Shown here one piece after another: positions 7,911-15,606 of a DNA stretch of 33,807 nt. The stretch lies in the IMG/VR virus record IMGVR_UViG_3300027906_000068, positions 1-33,807 of that record. The stretch is one strand, 5' to 3'. Under the pieces are notes generated by a model. It saw only the letters and a program-made list of their open reading frames with translations. It was not told where the DNA came from and made no database searches. Positions within the stretch are counted from its first letter, which is position 1. The number at the start of each line of letters is the position of its first letter. The stretch comes from a virus (Duplodnaviria > Caudoviricetes). The position numbers and the translations under genes were made by a program.

Positions 7911-8738
7911 ATGACTTCTTCAATCACTCCTATGGAATCAATGCGTGGGACTTTAACTTCAATGTCAACAGAATTTGAAGCAGCGTTACCACCACAGATA
8001 AGCGTAGACAAATTTATTAGAACAACGCTAACAGCAGTTCAAATGAATCCTGATCTATTGCAAGCAGATAGAAAAACCTTGCTTGGGACATGCATGAAAG
8101 CAGCCCAAGATGGATTAATGCTAGATGGCAGAGAAGCAGCACCAGTAATTTTTGGTGGCAAGGCAGGAAAGACTGTTGCTTATATGCCTATGGTTGGTGG
8201 CATCCTTAAGAAGATCCGTAACTCTGGTGAACTAGCAAGTATTTCTGCACAAGTTGCGTATAGCAATGACATGTTTGATTACCAGCTAGGTGACGACGAA
8301 AAAATTATCCATAAGCCACTTCTTGGTGGTGATAGAGGAACACCGATTGCCGTTTACTGCATAGCCCATACAAAAGACGGTGCTATTTACCGTGAGGTTA
8401 TGTCAGTTGATGAGGTAGAAAAAGTACGCAAAACATCAAGGGCTGGTTCATACAGCAGTTCTCCTTGGGCTACATGGTGGGATGAGATGGCAAAAAAAAC
8501 AGTTATTAGAAGAATTTCAAAACGCTTACCATCAAGTGCTGATGTTGATGCAGTAATGCAGGCAGACTTGGAAGCATCAGGTTTCGAAAAGCACCCACCT
8601 GTGAACATTACCCCGACTCCTAGTGAGCAAGAGAAACCACTATCAAGATTGAAAGAGTCAATCGGCATGAGTCAAGAAGATGCACAGAAAGCAGCCAAAA
8701 ATATTAAAGAAGAGTTGGCACATGACAAAGAGGAGTAA
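7911..8738 (+). CDS. recT: RecT ssDNA-annealing recombinase
   Basis: CMKAAQDGL, PW.TWWDEMAKKTVIRR..KRLP motifs; ATG 7911 is the likely start. Confidence 0.93.
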   Translation: MTSSITPMESMRGTLTSMSTEFEAALPPQISVDKFIRTTLTAVQMNPDLLQADRKTLLGTCMKAAQDGLMLDGREAAPVIFGGKAGKTVAYMPMVGGILKKIRNSGELASISAQVAYSNDMFDYQLGDDEKIIHKPLLGGDRGTPIAVYCIAHTKDGAIYREVMSVDEVEKVRKTSRAGSYSSSPWATWWDEMAKKTVIRRISKRLPSSADVDAVMQADLEASGFEKHPPVNITPTPSEQEKPLSRLKESIGMSQEDAQKAAKNIKEELAHDKEE

Positions 8739-9391
8739 TGCATTTTTATTCCTTCAACATTGGCGATTACATCAGCCACACGAAACACTTATCTGCTATG
8801 GAGGATCTGGCATATAGAAGATTACTAGATCTTTACTACCTTCATGAACGAACGTTGAGCGAAGATGTAACACTCGTTGCACGTAAAATCAACATGAAGG
8901 ACAATGCAACAGAAGTGCAAGTTGTCTTGGAAGAATTCTTTACTCTTGAAGTTGGCAAAGGATGGATCAATCCGAGAGCTGATGAAGAGATAAGGAAGTA
9001 CAAATCCAAAGTACTTTCGGCATCTAGAGCGGGGAGAGCCTCTGCTCTAGCTAGAACGAACACTGGTTCAACAACCGTTCAACCAAACAAGAAACAAGAA
9101 ACATTAAACAAGAAACAAGAAACAACTAATAAGACGCTAAAGCGTCCTCGTACTGTTTCTAAAAAAACTTGGGATGATTTCTTAAAACACAGGAGGAATG
9201 TGAAAGCACCATTAACAGAAACTGCTTTGAAGGGAATTACTTCTGAAGCAAAAAAAGCATCCGTCACCCTAGAAGAAGCTTTGACTATGTGTCAGGTTCG
9301 AGGATGGCGTGGCTTTAAATCAGACTGGGTAACGAAAGAAAAAAAATCTTTTGCTACTACTAATTACGGAGAGGGGGTACAAGAGATATGA
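8738..9391 (+). CDS. DUF1376/YdaU-family replication initiator
   Basis: MHFYSFNIGDYISHTKHLS..EDLAYRRLLDLYY N-terminal domain, C-terminal RGWRGF domain; lies upstream of a DnaC-like gene. Confidence 0.88.
   Translation: MHFYSFNIGDYISHTKHLSAMEDLAYRRLLDLYYLHERTLSEDVTLVARKINMKDNATEVQVVLEEFFTLEVGKGWINPRADEEIRKYKSKVLSASRAGRASALARTNTGSTTVQPNKKQETLNKKQETTNKTLKRPRTVSKKTWDDFLKHRRNVKAPLTETALKGITSEAKKASVTLEEALTMCQVRGWRGFKSDWVTKEKKSFATTNYGEGVQEI
9024..9124. repeat. Origin-like repeat cluster inside the initiator gene
   Basis: CTAGAGC...GCTCTAG inverted repeat (9024-9050), GTTCAAC twice (9066, 9077), and 19-bp AAACAAGAAACAAGAAACA twice (9085-9103, 9106-9124). Confidence 0.6.
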
Positions 9392-10164
9392 CTTTTAAAA
9401 AACTAATAGAAAAAGACAGACCAACAGAAGAACGAGAATGTTCTGAGCACGGTGCGTATACCGCAACAAACTTTCTTGGAGAGCATTGGACAGGTTGCCC
9501 TCAGTGCATGGAAATACTTCAAGCAAAGCAGGAGGAAGAAAGCCTTAAGCAAGCGAAGGAAGCAGAGTTAGAACGTGAGCAACTTAGATGGAAAGCAAAG
9601 ATAAATGGAGCCGCTATTCCAGAACGGTTTAGGGATAGAACATTAGATACTTACATAGCAAAAACATCTGGTCAAAAGAAAGCATTAGATTTTTCAAAGG
9701 AGTATGCAGAAAACTTCGACCAAGTTATGAAGGCAGGACGTTGTGCAATATTTGTCGGCAAACCAGGGACAGGAAAGACCCATTTGGCGATAGGCATTGC
9801 GTTAGAAATTATTCAACAAAAACGGTCACCAGTATTTGTTACCGTGCAACGTTTGATCAGAAGAGTTAAAGATAGTTGGTCTAATCAAGATGAAACCGAG
9901 AGCGAAATAGTTAATGTATTTGCATCACCAGATTTACTCATACTGGATGAAGTAGGAGTGCAGTTTGGATCAGATTTTGAAAAGCAAATTCTGTTTGATG
10001 TCCTTAATGAACGCTATGAAAAACTGAAGCCATCCATCTTATTATCGAACATTCCAGGGGATCAACTAGCAGACTACCTTGGTGAACGTGTGACAGACAG
10101 GCTAAGGGAGAATGGAGGCAAGATGATAGGGTTCGATTGGGATAGTTACAGGAGGAGTCAATGA
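9388..10164 (+). CDS. dnaC: DnaC/IstB-like AAA+ helicase loader
   Basis: CxxH...CxxC zinc site, GKPGTGKTHLA, LLILDEVG and LGERVTDRL. Confidence 0.92.
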   Translation: MTFKKLIEKDRPTEERECSEHGAYTATNFLGEHWTGCPQCMEILQAKQEEESLKQAKEAELEREQLRWKAKINGAAIPERFRDRTLDTYIAKTSGQKKALDFSKEYAENFDQVMKAGRCAIFVGKPGTGKTHLAIGIALEIIQQKRSPVFVTVQRLIRRVKDSWSNQDETESEIVNVFASPDLLILDEVGVQFGSDFEKQILFDVLNERYEKLKPSILLSNIPGDQLADYLGERVTDRLRENGGKMIGFDWDSYRRSQ

Positions 10165-10319
10165 CACTTACAGCCAACGAAATTATCCGCATCATGAAGA
10201 TCGCCCGTTATAAAGCCTGTCGAGAAAGGATGGGTTTTACAGATGAGCCTTGGAGTAAATATTTAAAATCTATAGAAGAAGAAATAAAGGATACAGACCA
10301 GGAGGGCAGCAATGAATGA
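10161..10319 (+). CDS. 52-aa hypothetical protein
   Basis: Not in the ORF track. MTLTANEIIRIMKIARYKAC...; ATGA overlap with the dnaC stop and an AGGAGG ribosome-binding site. Confidence 0.65.
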   Translation: MTLTANEIIRIMKIARYKACRERMGFTDEPWSKYLKSIEEEIKDTDQEGSNE

Positions 10320-10470
10320 AGAAAGAATCATGAGGATTGTTAATTGCAAGCAACAACTAACAGAGCTAGATAGATACTATTGGTTTGAAGATATGCCAGA
10401 AGAAGAATACATAGAGAGGTTCGATGCAATAAAAAATCGCTTACATGAATTGGAGCGAGAAGATGATTGA
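10312..10470 (+). CDS. 52-aa hypothetical protein
   Basis: Not in the ORF track. MNEERIMRIVNCKQQLTELDRYYWFEDM...; AGGAGG ribosome-binding site; overlaps both neighbours. Confidence 0.65.
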   Translation: MNEERIMRIVNCKQQLTELDRYYWFEDMPEEEYIERFDAIKNRLHELEREDD

Positions 10471-10876
10471 GATAGTTTTAGGTTGGCCGCCATCAGACCT
10501 ATCACCAAATGCCAGGTTGCATTGGGCTAAATTGGCAAGGGCAAAAAAACAATATAGAAATGCTTGCTTTAGTGTTTCCAAAGAACAACTAAAAAAAATC
10601 AAGACAGATAATATCCCTGAGAAATTAGTGCTTGAAATGACCTTTATCCCGCCAGACAGAAGAAGTTATGATCGTGACAATTTAGTAGCAAGAATGAAGT
10701 CAGGCATAGATGGGTTGGCAGATGCACTTAAGATAAATGACAAACGGTTTAATACCGTTATTTCAACCATGGACTCAGACTACTTAGGTGGTTTTGTCCG
10801 CATACGCATCCTCCAGGAGATCCCTTATGGCACGAAAAGTAAAGAACCTATCGGTCAAAACACGAGAGTACGTTGA
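10463..10876 (+). CDS. rusA: RusA-like Holliday junction resolvase
   Basis: LGWPPSDLSPN, F.PPDRRSYDRDNL...K..IDG.ADAL.IND motifs. Confidence 0.85.
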   Translation: MIEIVLGWPPSDLSPNARLHWAKLARAKKQYRNACFSVSKEQLKKIKTDNIPEKLVLEMTFIPPDRRSYDRDNLVARMKSGIDGLADALKINDKRFNTVISTMDSDYLGGFVRIRILQEIPYGTKSKEPIGQNTRVR

Positions 10877-11117
10877 TAATTCTGGCGTAAAAAAAGCCAA
10901 TTGGCAGAACATTGGAGTCGTCATGGAGAACGACCAAGGCAAACAATTTATGTTGATAGACCGCTGGGTAAACTTAGGAGGTCTGCCTGACTTTAGTGGC
11001 AAACCAAATCCATCAGCAGTCATGGTGACTATGTTTGACGTAGATGAAAATTCAAGTTACCAACCTAAAAACAGTGGCCCATCTTCTAAAGGCCAAGACA
11101 ACGATATAGCTTTTTAG
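10827..11117 (+). CDS. Putative single-stranded DNA-binding protein
   Basis: Y.D..G..K..WQNIG beta-rich core and an acidic-aromatic tail DNDIAF; AGGAG upstream of ATG 10827. Confidence 0.7.
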   Translation: MARKVKNLSVKTREYVDNSGVKKANWQNIGVVMENDQGKQFMLIDRWVNLGGLPDFSGKPNPSAVMVTMFDVDENSSYQPKNSGPSSKGQDNDIAF

Positions 11118-11351
11118 ATGACAACCTCACAAGAAGTAGAGGAAGGAAGTTTCCTCTCTGCTAGGCAGCTAAAAGTCTTTACTATCAGAGTCATTGATCC
11201 TGATAAAGATAATAAATCTAGTCTTATATTCCAACGTGCATCAACAGCTACTAAGGCAGTTGAAAAAATCAAGGCATCAAATCCTGAGTGGAAGTGTCTT
11301 GTGATTGATAGTCACGAGCCTAAACCTTGGAGAAGAGATGAACGCTACTGA
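11118..11351 (+). CDS. Hypothetical protein
   Basis: 77-aa ORF abutting the previous stop codon. Confidence 0.65.
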   Translation: MTTSQEVEEGSFLSARQLKVFTIRVIDPDKDNKSSLIFQRASTATKAVEKIKASNPEWKCLVIDSHEPKPWRRDERY

Positions 11352-11448
11352 TCGCATCAAGTACGCAGAACAAAGGATCAAGGAACTAAAACTCCTGATC
11401 CACCACTGGAAGAAATATGAAAAGCAAAATGGTGGTGCCCCAGAGTGA
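11338..11448 (+). CDS. 36-aa hypothetical protein
   Basis: Not in the ORF track. MNATDRIKYAEQRIKELKLLIHHWKKYEKQNGGAPE; GGAG ribosome-binding site; last gene of the early operon. Confidence 0.6.
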   Translation: MNATDRIKYAEQRIKELKLLIHHWKKYEKQNGGAPE

Positions 11449-11488
11449 ACAGACCAACGTTCTTTACTTGGACCCTGAAGCACCTCTT

Positions 11489-11776
11489 TTAAATATGAAA
11501 GAAATTTTTTATCCTGTCAATAGTTTTTTTTTCCTCTTGTAGATCCTTTTTGGCCAGTATTGTTTCTAGTTCTACGACTCTTTCTAGTACCGATGCTAAG
11601 AAAACATCCTGCTTCATCTGATGCCTGATTAAATGTGTGCAATATCTTTTTACGTTATCGTAATCATCGCTTTGTAAGACCTCTCTAACACGCATCTCAA
11701 CAGATAATTGTAACTCTATCGGTGGCTCTTCTATATCAATGTTGAGGAACTTTTTAACTTCCATTGCATTACTCAT
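11489..11776 (-). CDS. Hypothetical coiled-coil protein (cyanophage-like)
   Basis: 95-aa ORF with an ATGA overlap with the upstream ORF. Confidence 0.7.
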   Translation of the reverse strand: MSNAMEVKKFLNIDIEEPPIELQLSVEMRVREVLQSDDYDNVKRYCTHLIRHQMKQDVFLASVLERVVELETILAKKDLQEEKKTIDRIKNFFHI

Positions 11777-11946
11777 TGAAGGTGTAATGGACTTGGAAAT
11801 AACTTTGCTTCTAGTACATCAACTGCACGATCATCCAATGTGTTGGAGGTCTGCCTACATATCACACGAAGCAGATCTATAATTAACCTCTTGCACCCTG
11901 TCGTTGAAAGGAATCGTAAGAGTATCGGCTTTAGTATTTTGTACAT
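11773..11946 (-). CDS. 57-aa amphipathic protein (cyanophage-like)
   Basis: Not in the ORF track. MYKILKPILLRFLSTTGCKRLIIDLLRVICRQTSNTLDDRAVDVLEAKLFP...; the KPIL...TxNxxDD pattern is recalled from cyanophage late regions. GAGG upstream. Confidence 0.75.
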   Translation of the reverse strand: MYKILKPILLRFLSTTGCKRLIIDLLRVICRQTSNTLDDRAVDVLEAKLFPSPLHLQ

Positions 11947-11977
11947 AATTTATGCCTCTTTTAAAACATAGCACACG

Positions 11978-12139
11978 TTATTGGATCTTGCCTTCTATCC
12001 TGCTGACCGCTTGCGAAAGCTTGTTTAATCTAAAATAGATATCCCGAATATCTCTTTCTCTACGATTACTTACGTTAGACATCACCATTACAAGAGCAGT
12101 GGCTGCTGCCCCAATCAGTGCTGGTAAGATGTCGTCCAT
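11978..12139 (-). CDS. 53-aa membrane protein (transmembrane helix plus coiled coil)
   Basis: MDDILPALIGAAATALVMVM...LSQAVSRIEGKIQ; TATAAT lies 6 nt before ATG 12139. Confidence 0.7.
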   Translation of the reverse strand: MDDILPALIGAAATALVMVMSNVSNRRERDIRDIYFRLNKLSQAVSRIEGKIQ

Positions 12140-12188
12140 GTATTTATTATAGTTTGACGTTAATATTGGGTAGTGTTTCTTTTTATTT

Positions 12189-12653
12189 ATGGCAGACCAA
12201 CAGACCGCCCCTCCTTTTAACAAGAAAGAAGAAAAGAAGAAGGGACTTTTTGCAAAGCTAGAAGAGATTACCCCAGATAAGGAGGAAAGGCTAGAACTCA
12301 TCAGCACATTTGTACGCCTTGGAATCGTGTGCTGGTCCGGGTTTATCTTGACCCTTGCATACGTAGATTTGCCCGGGTTCCAAAAGCAGAATTTTGATCC
12401 AACATTTATAGCTTCGGTATTTACAGGGGCTTTGGCAGGATTTTCAATTAATACAAAAGACAAAAAGAATGGAAATAGTGTCAGCAAAGAGGAAATTCAG
12501 AAGATGATGGCAGCTAATCAAGCTAGTGCCTCTAATGGTGAACAGATCATCCGTATTCAAACTCCTATTAAGATTCAAGCACCAGATGGAGGAGAAATTC
12601 AGCAGGTTGTTCAAGCTCCTCCAAAACCTCCCACCCCAGAAACAAAAGCATGA
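12189..12653 (+). CDS. Two-transmembrane protein with Pro-rich tail (holin-like topology)
   Basis: TM1 LGIVCWSGFILTLAYV, TM2 FDPTFIASVFTGALAGFSI; ATGA-coupled to the next gene. Confidence 0.8.
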   Translation: MADQQTAPPFNKKEEKKKGLFAKLEEITPDKEERLELISTFVRLGIVCWSGFILTLAYVDLPGFQKQNFDPTFIASVFTGALAGFSINTKDKKNGNSVSKEEIQKMMAANQASASNGEQIIRIQTPIKIQAPDGGEIQQVVQAPPKPPTPETKA

Positions 12654-13141
12654 AGAAATTAGTATTCCCATTACTGCTTGGCTTGGTGGCGGCGACTCCA
12701 GTTCGGTCTGAAATTCATCACGCTATAACCACGAGTACCCAGCTCACAGTCAATGCGGCAGCAACACAGGCCCAAAGAATTGGGTCAAGTTTCTCAGCTT
12801 CTGGGAGCAACATAGACACAACTGATGGAACAACTGCGTCAACCGTCTCAGTCGGGACAATTACGAGTGGCGTTTATTCGCCTGGAACGATTGCTGCAAC
12901 GCAAGATACAGCAGGAGCCGCATTCTCGTTTTCGCAATCATATACTCAAGCGGATGCAGTCCCTACTTCAGCTCCAGCGGTAGGCGCAGTGGGCAATTTT
13001 TCTAACGTAACTTCTACTGCGGCAGGGGTTGCAGGAAATTTAGCGGGTACATTAACTTCTGCTGGTGTAGTAACACTGACCGCTGGTGGCGCAGGTACTT
13101 CAGCAATTGGAAGCATGGAGAGTGCTTTAACTATTAAGTGA
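12650..13141 (+). CDS. Secreted Ser/Thr/Ala/Gly-rich beta protein
   Basis: Sec-type signal peptide MKKLVFPLLLGLVAATPVRS followed by a beta-strand-like mature region. Confidence 0.8.
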   Translation: MKKLVFPLLLGLVAATPVRSEIHHAITTSTQLTVNAAATQAQRIGSSFSASGSNIDTTDGTTASTVSVGTITSGVYSPGTIAATQDTAGAAFSFSQSYTQADAVPTSAPAVGAVGNFSNVTSTAAGVAGNLAGTLTSAGVVTLTAGGAGTSAIGSMESALTIK

Positions 13142-13563
13142 TGAAGAGGCTTTTGCCACTGTTATTACTTATAAGTTCCCCTGCTTATAGTGTACCCGTG
13201 ATCCCAAATTTCACTAGCGGCACTATGCAAAGCACCACGAGAACGACTAGCGTAGTGACAGAAAATATTGTTTCTCACGATTATTCTGGCTATCAATATT
13301 CTCTAAATGGTTCAAATGTCTCTATCGATGGAACTTCTATTGCCCCTGACCCCAACACCACCACGAGCACAGTGGGAGGACACTCACAAGCATGGACTGG
13401 ATTAGACATCAACTCCAGAGGAAACGTCACGATTACGAACCAAGGTCAGCCCTTTCAATTCGTAGAAACTTATCGTGGACCATCGCTCCAAAATGTGACA
13501 AATATTCAGCGCACTACGAACATAGAAAGTATCACCGAAACAACGTCAGTCTTCTCTCAGTAA
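13138..13563 (+). CDS. Secreted Thr-rich beta protein
   Basis: Signal peptide MKRLLPLLLLISSPAYS followed by VPVIPNF; coupled to the previous gene. Confidence 0.8.
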   Translation: MMKRLLPLLLLISSPAYSVPVIPNFTSGTMQSTTRTTSVVTENIVSHDYSGYQYSLNGSNVSIDGTSIAPDPNTTTSTVGGHSQAWTGLDINSRGNVTITNQGQPFQFVETYRGPSLQNVTNIQRTTNIESITETTSVFSQ

Positions 13564-14183
13564 TTGCGTCGCTATTTATAACTTTACCTGCGTATTCTCA
13601 GACCTCTTCTACTGCGGCCCCGGTTGCGAATTCCTCCGGGTCGGTAACCAATATGGGAATTCAGAACTTACCAGGTAACAGTGTTACCAACCATTATGGA
13701 GGGAATATTATATGTCAAGGACCGATGTTAACTATATCTCCATTCGTCACAGATTCTCATTCATATAGTATGCCAAGAGAATATTGGTACGATGCGCCCT
13801 CGTACAACGACGATGGATCACTCTCTCACATGGTGGCCACACGTACTGGGCAGAAGGATAATTTCGCATTGAATCTGGGCCTATCTGCAAACTTTTCTAT
13901 TCCATTAGATAATTCATTACAAAGAAGATGTAAATCTGCTGTAGATAAGCAGCTTGCTTTACAACAAGAGCTAGTAAATTTTAAAAGATTAGACTTCGAA
14001 ATTTCGAGGCTCAAAAACTGTGGTGAGCTGATGATGAAGGGCATTGAGTTTCATCCTAAATCTCCTTATTACAAGGTTTGTGCCGATGTTGTTGTTAAAT
14101 CAAAGCCAGGTCAAGTCTTACCGCATAGACATACACTTAAACCTTTAAAGGTGGTAAACCCTTCTTCTCCCGATAAGAATTAG
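13392..14183 (+). CDS. Putative exported/outer-membrane protein (start uncertain)
   Basis: Signal-like SLLSVIASLFITLPAYSQ, amphipathic strand LNLGLSANFSIPLD followed by a long helix, four Cys in the mature part. Confidence 0.75.
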   Translation: MDWIRHQLQRKRHDYEPRSALSIRRNLSWTIAPKCDKYSAHYEHRKYHRNNVSLLSVIASLFITLPAYSQTSSTAAPVANSSGSVTNMGIQNLPGNSVTNHYGGNIICQGPMLTISPFVTDSHSYSMPREYWYDAPSYNDDGSLSHMVATRTGQKDNFALNLGLSANFSIPLDNSLQRRCKSAVDKQLALQQELVNFKRLDFEISRLKNCGELMMKGIEFHPKSPYYKVCADVVVKSKPGQVLPHRHTLKPLKVVNPSSPDKN

Positions 14184-14856
14184 CCCTCTTCTCTGAGGGA
14201 GTTAATTCCCTAACAGGCTTACCAAGTTTCTTTTTAATCTTATTAATTATCTGTTTAACAATTGGCTTTACTGCTTTTAGCATGAGAGGAGTAGCCAGAG
14301 CCGTACTTGTAGCAATAAGAGTAATCCCAGTAGTAGAAACAACTTGAGGTGCAGTTGGTATTGCATTAATTATTTGTTGTGTCGTTGTTAACTTCTTGTA
14401 CTGCGTAATACAACGATTGCCAATCAATTGATACGCAATTATTTCTTTCCTTCCATCCTCAATTTTAGTTCCAATTTCTGCTGCGCCAGGTGGCGGGCAA
14501 TCCTCGATCTTTGAGGCGGGCGGTGGGTCTGCTGCTGGGATTTCTGGTTGCGGATATCTTTGTGTATTTCCCTCTGGTGGATGTATAAATTCCTCTGGTG
14601 TGTAATCCATTGCGTTGTAGCTTGGATACTCCGCATCACAGAAGATAACATTGCCTTTTGGGTCATTAGTTAGTAATGCACTATTCTCCCTATTATCCTT
14701 TCTACTTTCAACACATCCAGGCATGTTAATAATAGGAAAGCCAAGAGGTACTGTTACTGGTACTGCGGAAGGTATTGCTGTAGGGGGCTGTATCAGCCAA
14801 GCCCTGATTTTTGGAATAGAGACAGGAGAAATATTTATCTTTGGGATGTTGTCCAT
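14137..14856 (-). CDS. Pro-rich protein with C-terminal transmembrane helix and basic tail
   Basis: PVTVPLGFPIINMPGCVE motif, four Cys, TM VVSTTGITLIATSTALATPLML, Lys-rich end. Confidence 0.8.
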   Translation of the reverse strand: MDNIPKINISPVSIPKIRAWLIQPPTAIPSAVPVTVPLGFPIINMPGCVESRKDNRENSALLTNDPKGNVIFCDAEYPSYNAMDYTPEEFIHPPEGNTQRYPQPEIPAADPPPASKIEDCPPPGAAEIGTKIEDGRKEIIAYQLIGNRCITQYKKLTTTQQIINAIPTAPQVVSTTGITLIATSTALATPLMLKAVKPIVKQIINKIKKKLGKPVRELTPSEKRANSYREKKGLPPLKV

Positions 14857-15044
14857 TCTTTATCTTGGTCTTTCATTTCATCCATAATCATATTGATAAG
14901 CATAGTCTTGCTGTAGTGGCTAGGAGTATGGGCTATCTCTCTTAACTCTCTATTAGATTTAGTAGCTAAATAAGAACGATGACTCTCAACGGGATCAGGA
15001 CTTCTATAAACAAATAGAGAACCTATTGCGTTTAGTAAGTTCAT
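14835..15044 (-). CDS. Hypothetical protein
   Basis: 69-aa ORF tightly packed with its neighbours. Confidence 0.65.
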   Translation of the reverse strand: MNLLNAIGSLFVYRSPDPVESHRSYLATKSNRELREIAHTPSHYSKTMLINMIMDEMKDQDKEWTTSQR

Positions 15045-15048
15045 TCAA

Positions 15049-15252
15049 CTAAATGTCGCAGATACTGTCGTTGAGTTCAGCTTCAAGTTCTTCTGCCTTA
15101 TCGGCCAGCCCAGTATAAAGGCCATGCAACGGATTCGGAGAACCATCAGCCAGGGTCTTTAGATGTCGCCCGTCCAAAACATACAGGCGTTCTAATCTCA
15201 TTTGTCTTTCTCTTTGTTCTTTTGTGAACTCAGAACCCATTTCAAGTTTCAT
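15049..15252 (-). CDS. Hypothetical protein (cyanophage-like)
   Basis: LY.LDGR...PLHGLYTGL motif; TAATG coupling with the upstream ORF. Confidence 0.7.
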   Translation of the reverse strand: MKLEMGSEFTKEQRERQMRLERLYVLDGRHLKTLADGSPNPLHGLYTGLADKAEELEAELNDSICDI

Positions 15253-15473
15253 TAGAATTTAGGGAGGCTAGGTGGAGCTGCTGTTGGTAGTGCTGGGCTA
15301 GATAAGCCAGGCAACTTAATTGATTTAGTGACTTGTTGTACTAGCTGTTGCTTTAATTTCTCTTGGTTTCCTTCGTTCGTGATCCAGAAATAACCAAAGG
15401 CAGTCCCTGCCGTAAGGATGGTAACAAGTGTAAAGGAAAGTACACTAATAATATTTAAGATTTTTTGAACCAT
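15252..15473 (-). CDS. Membrane-anchored protein (N-terminal TM, coiled coil, Pro-rich tail)
   Basis: MVQKILNIISVLSFTLVTILTAGTAFGYFWI...LPTAAPPSLPKF; ATG at 15473. Confidence 0.75.
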   Translation of the reverse strand: MVQKILNIISVLSFTLVTILTAGTAFGYFWITNEGNQEKLKQQLVQQVTKSIKLPGLSSPALPTAAPPSLPKF

Positions 15474-15606
15474 GAGAGAAGCCTTTGCTAAAGCATTAGT
15501 ACCTGTCACTATTATAACTTTCTGTTCTCTCTGTGCATTAGCCCCTCTTTACATCACTCTATCTATCATGACTAGAACTTATGCTTCATATGCTTCAAAA
15601 GTTTAA
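15472..15606 (+). CDS. 44-aa membrane peptide
   Basis: Not in the ORF track. MREAFAKALVPVTIITFCSLCALAPLYITLSIMTRTYASYASKV exactly fills the gap between two minus-strand genes. Confidence 0.55.
   Translation: MREAFAKALVPVTIITFCSLCALAPLYITLSIMTRTYASYASKV

Noticed and set aside
11431-11490. Imperfect hairpin (GGTGC...GCACC) where early and late transcription converge
   Set aside because: The stem has many mismatches and a long loop, too weak to call a terminator or ncRNA without folding calculations.
11978-12487. 169-aa version of the minus-strand ORF
   Set aside because: Its N-terminal part is the antisense shadow of 12189-12653; only 11978-12139 looks like a real gene.
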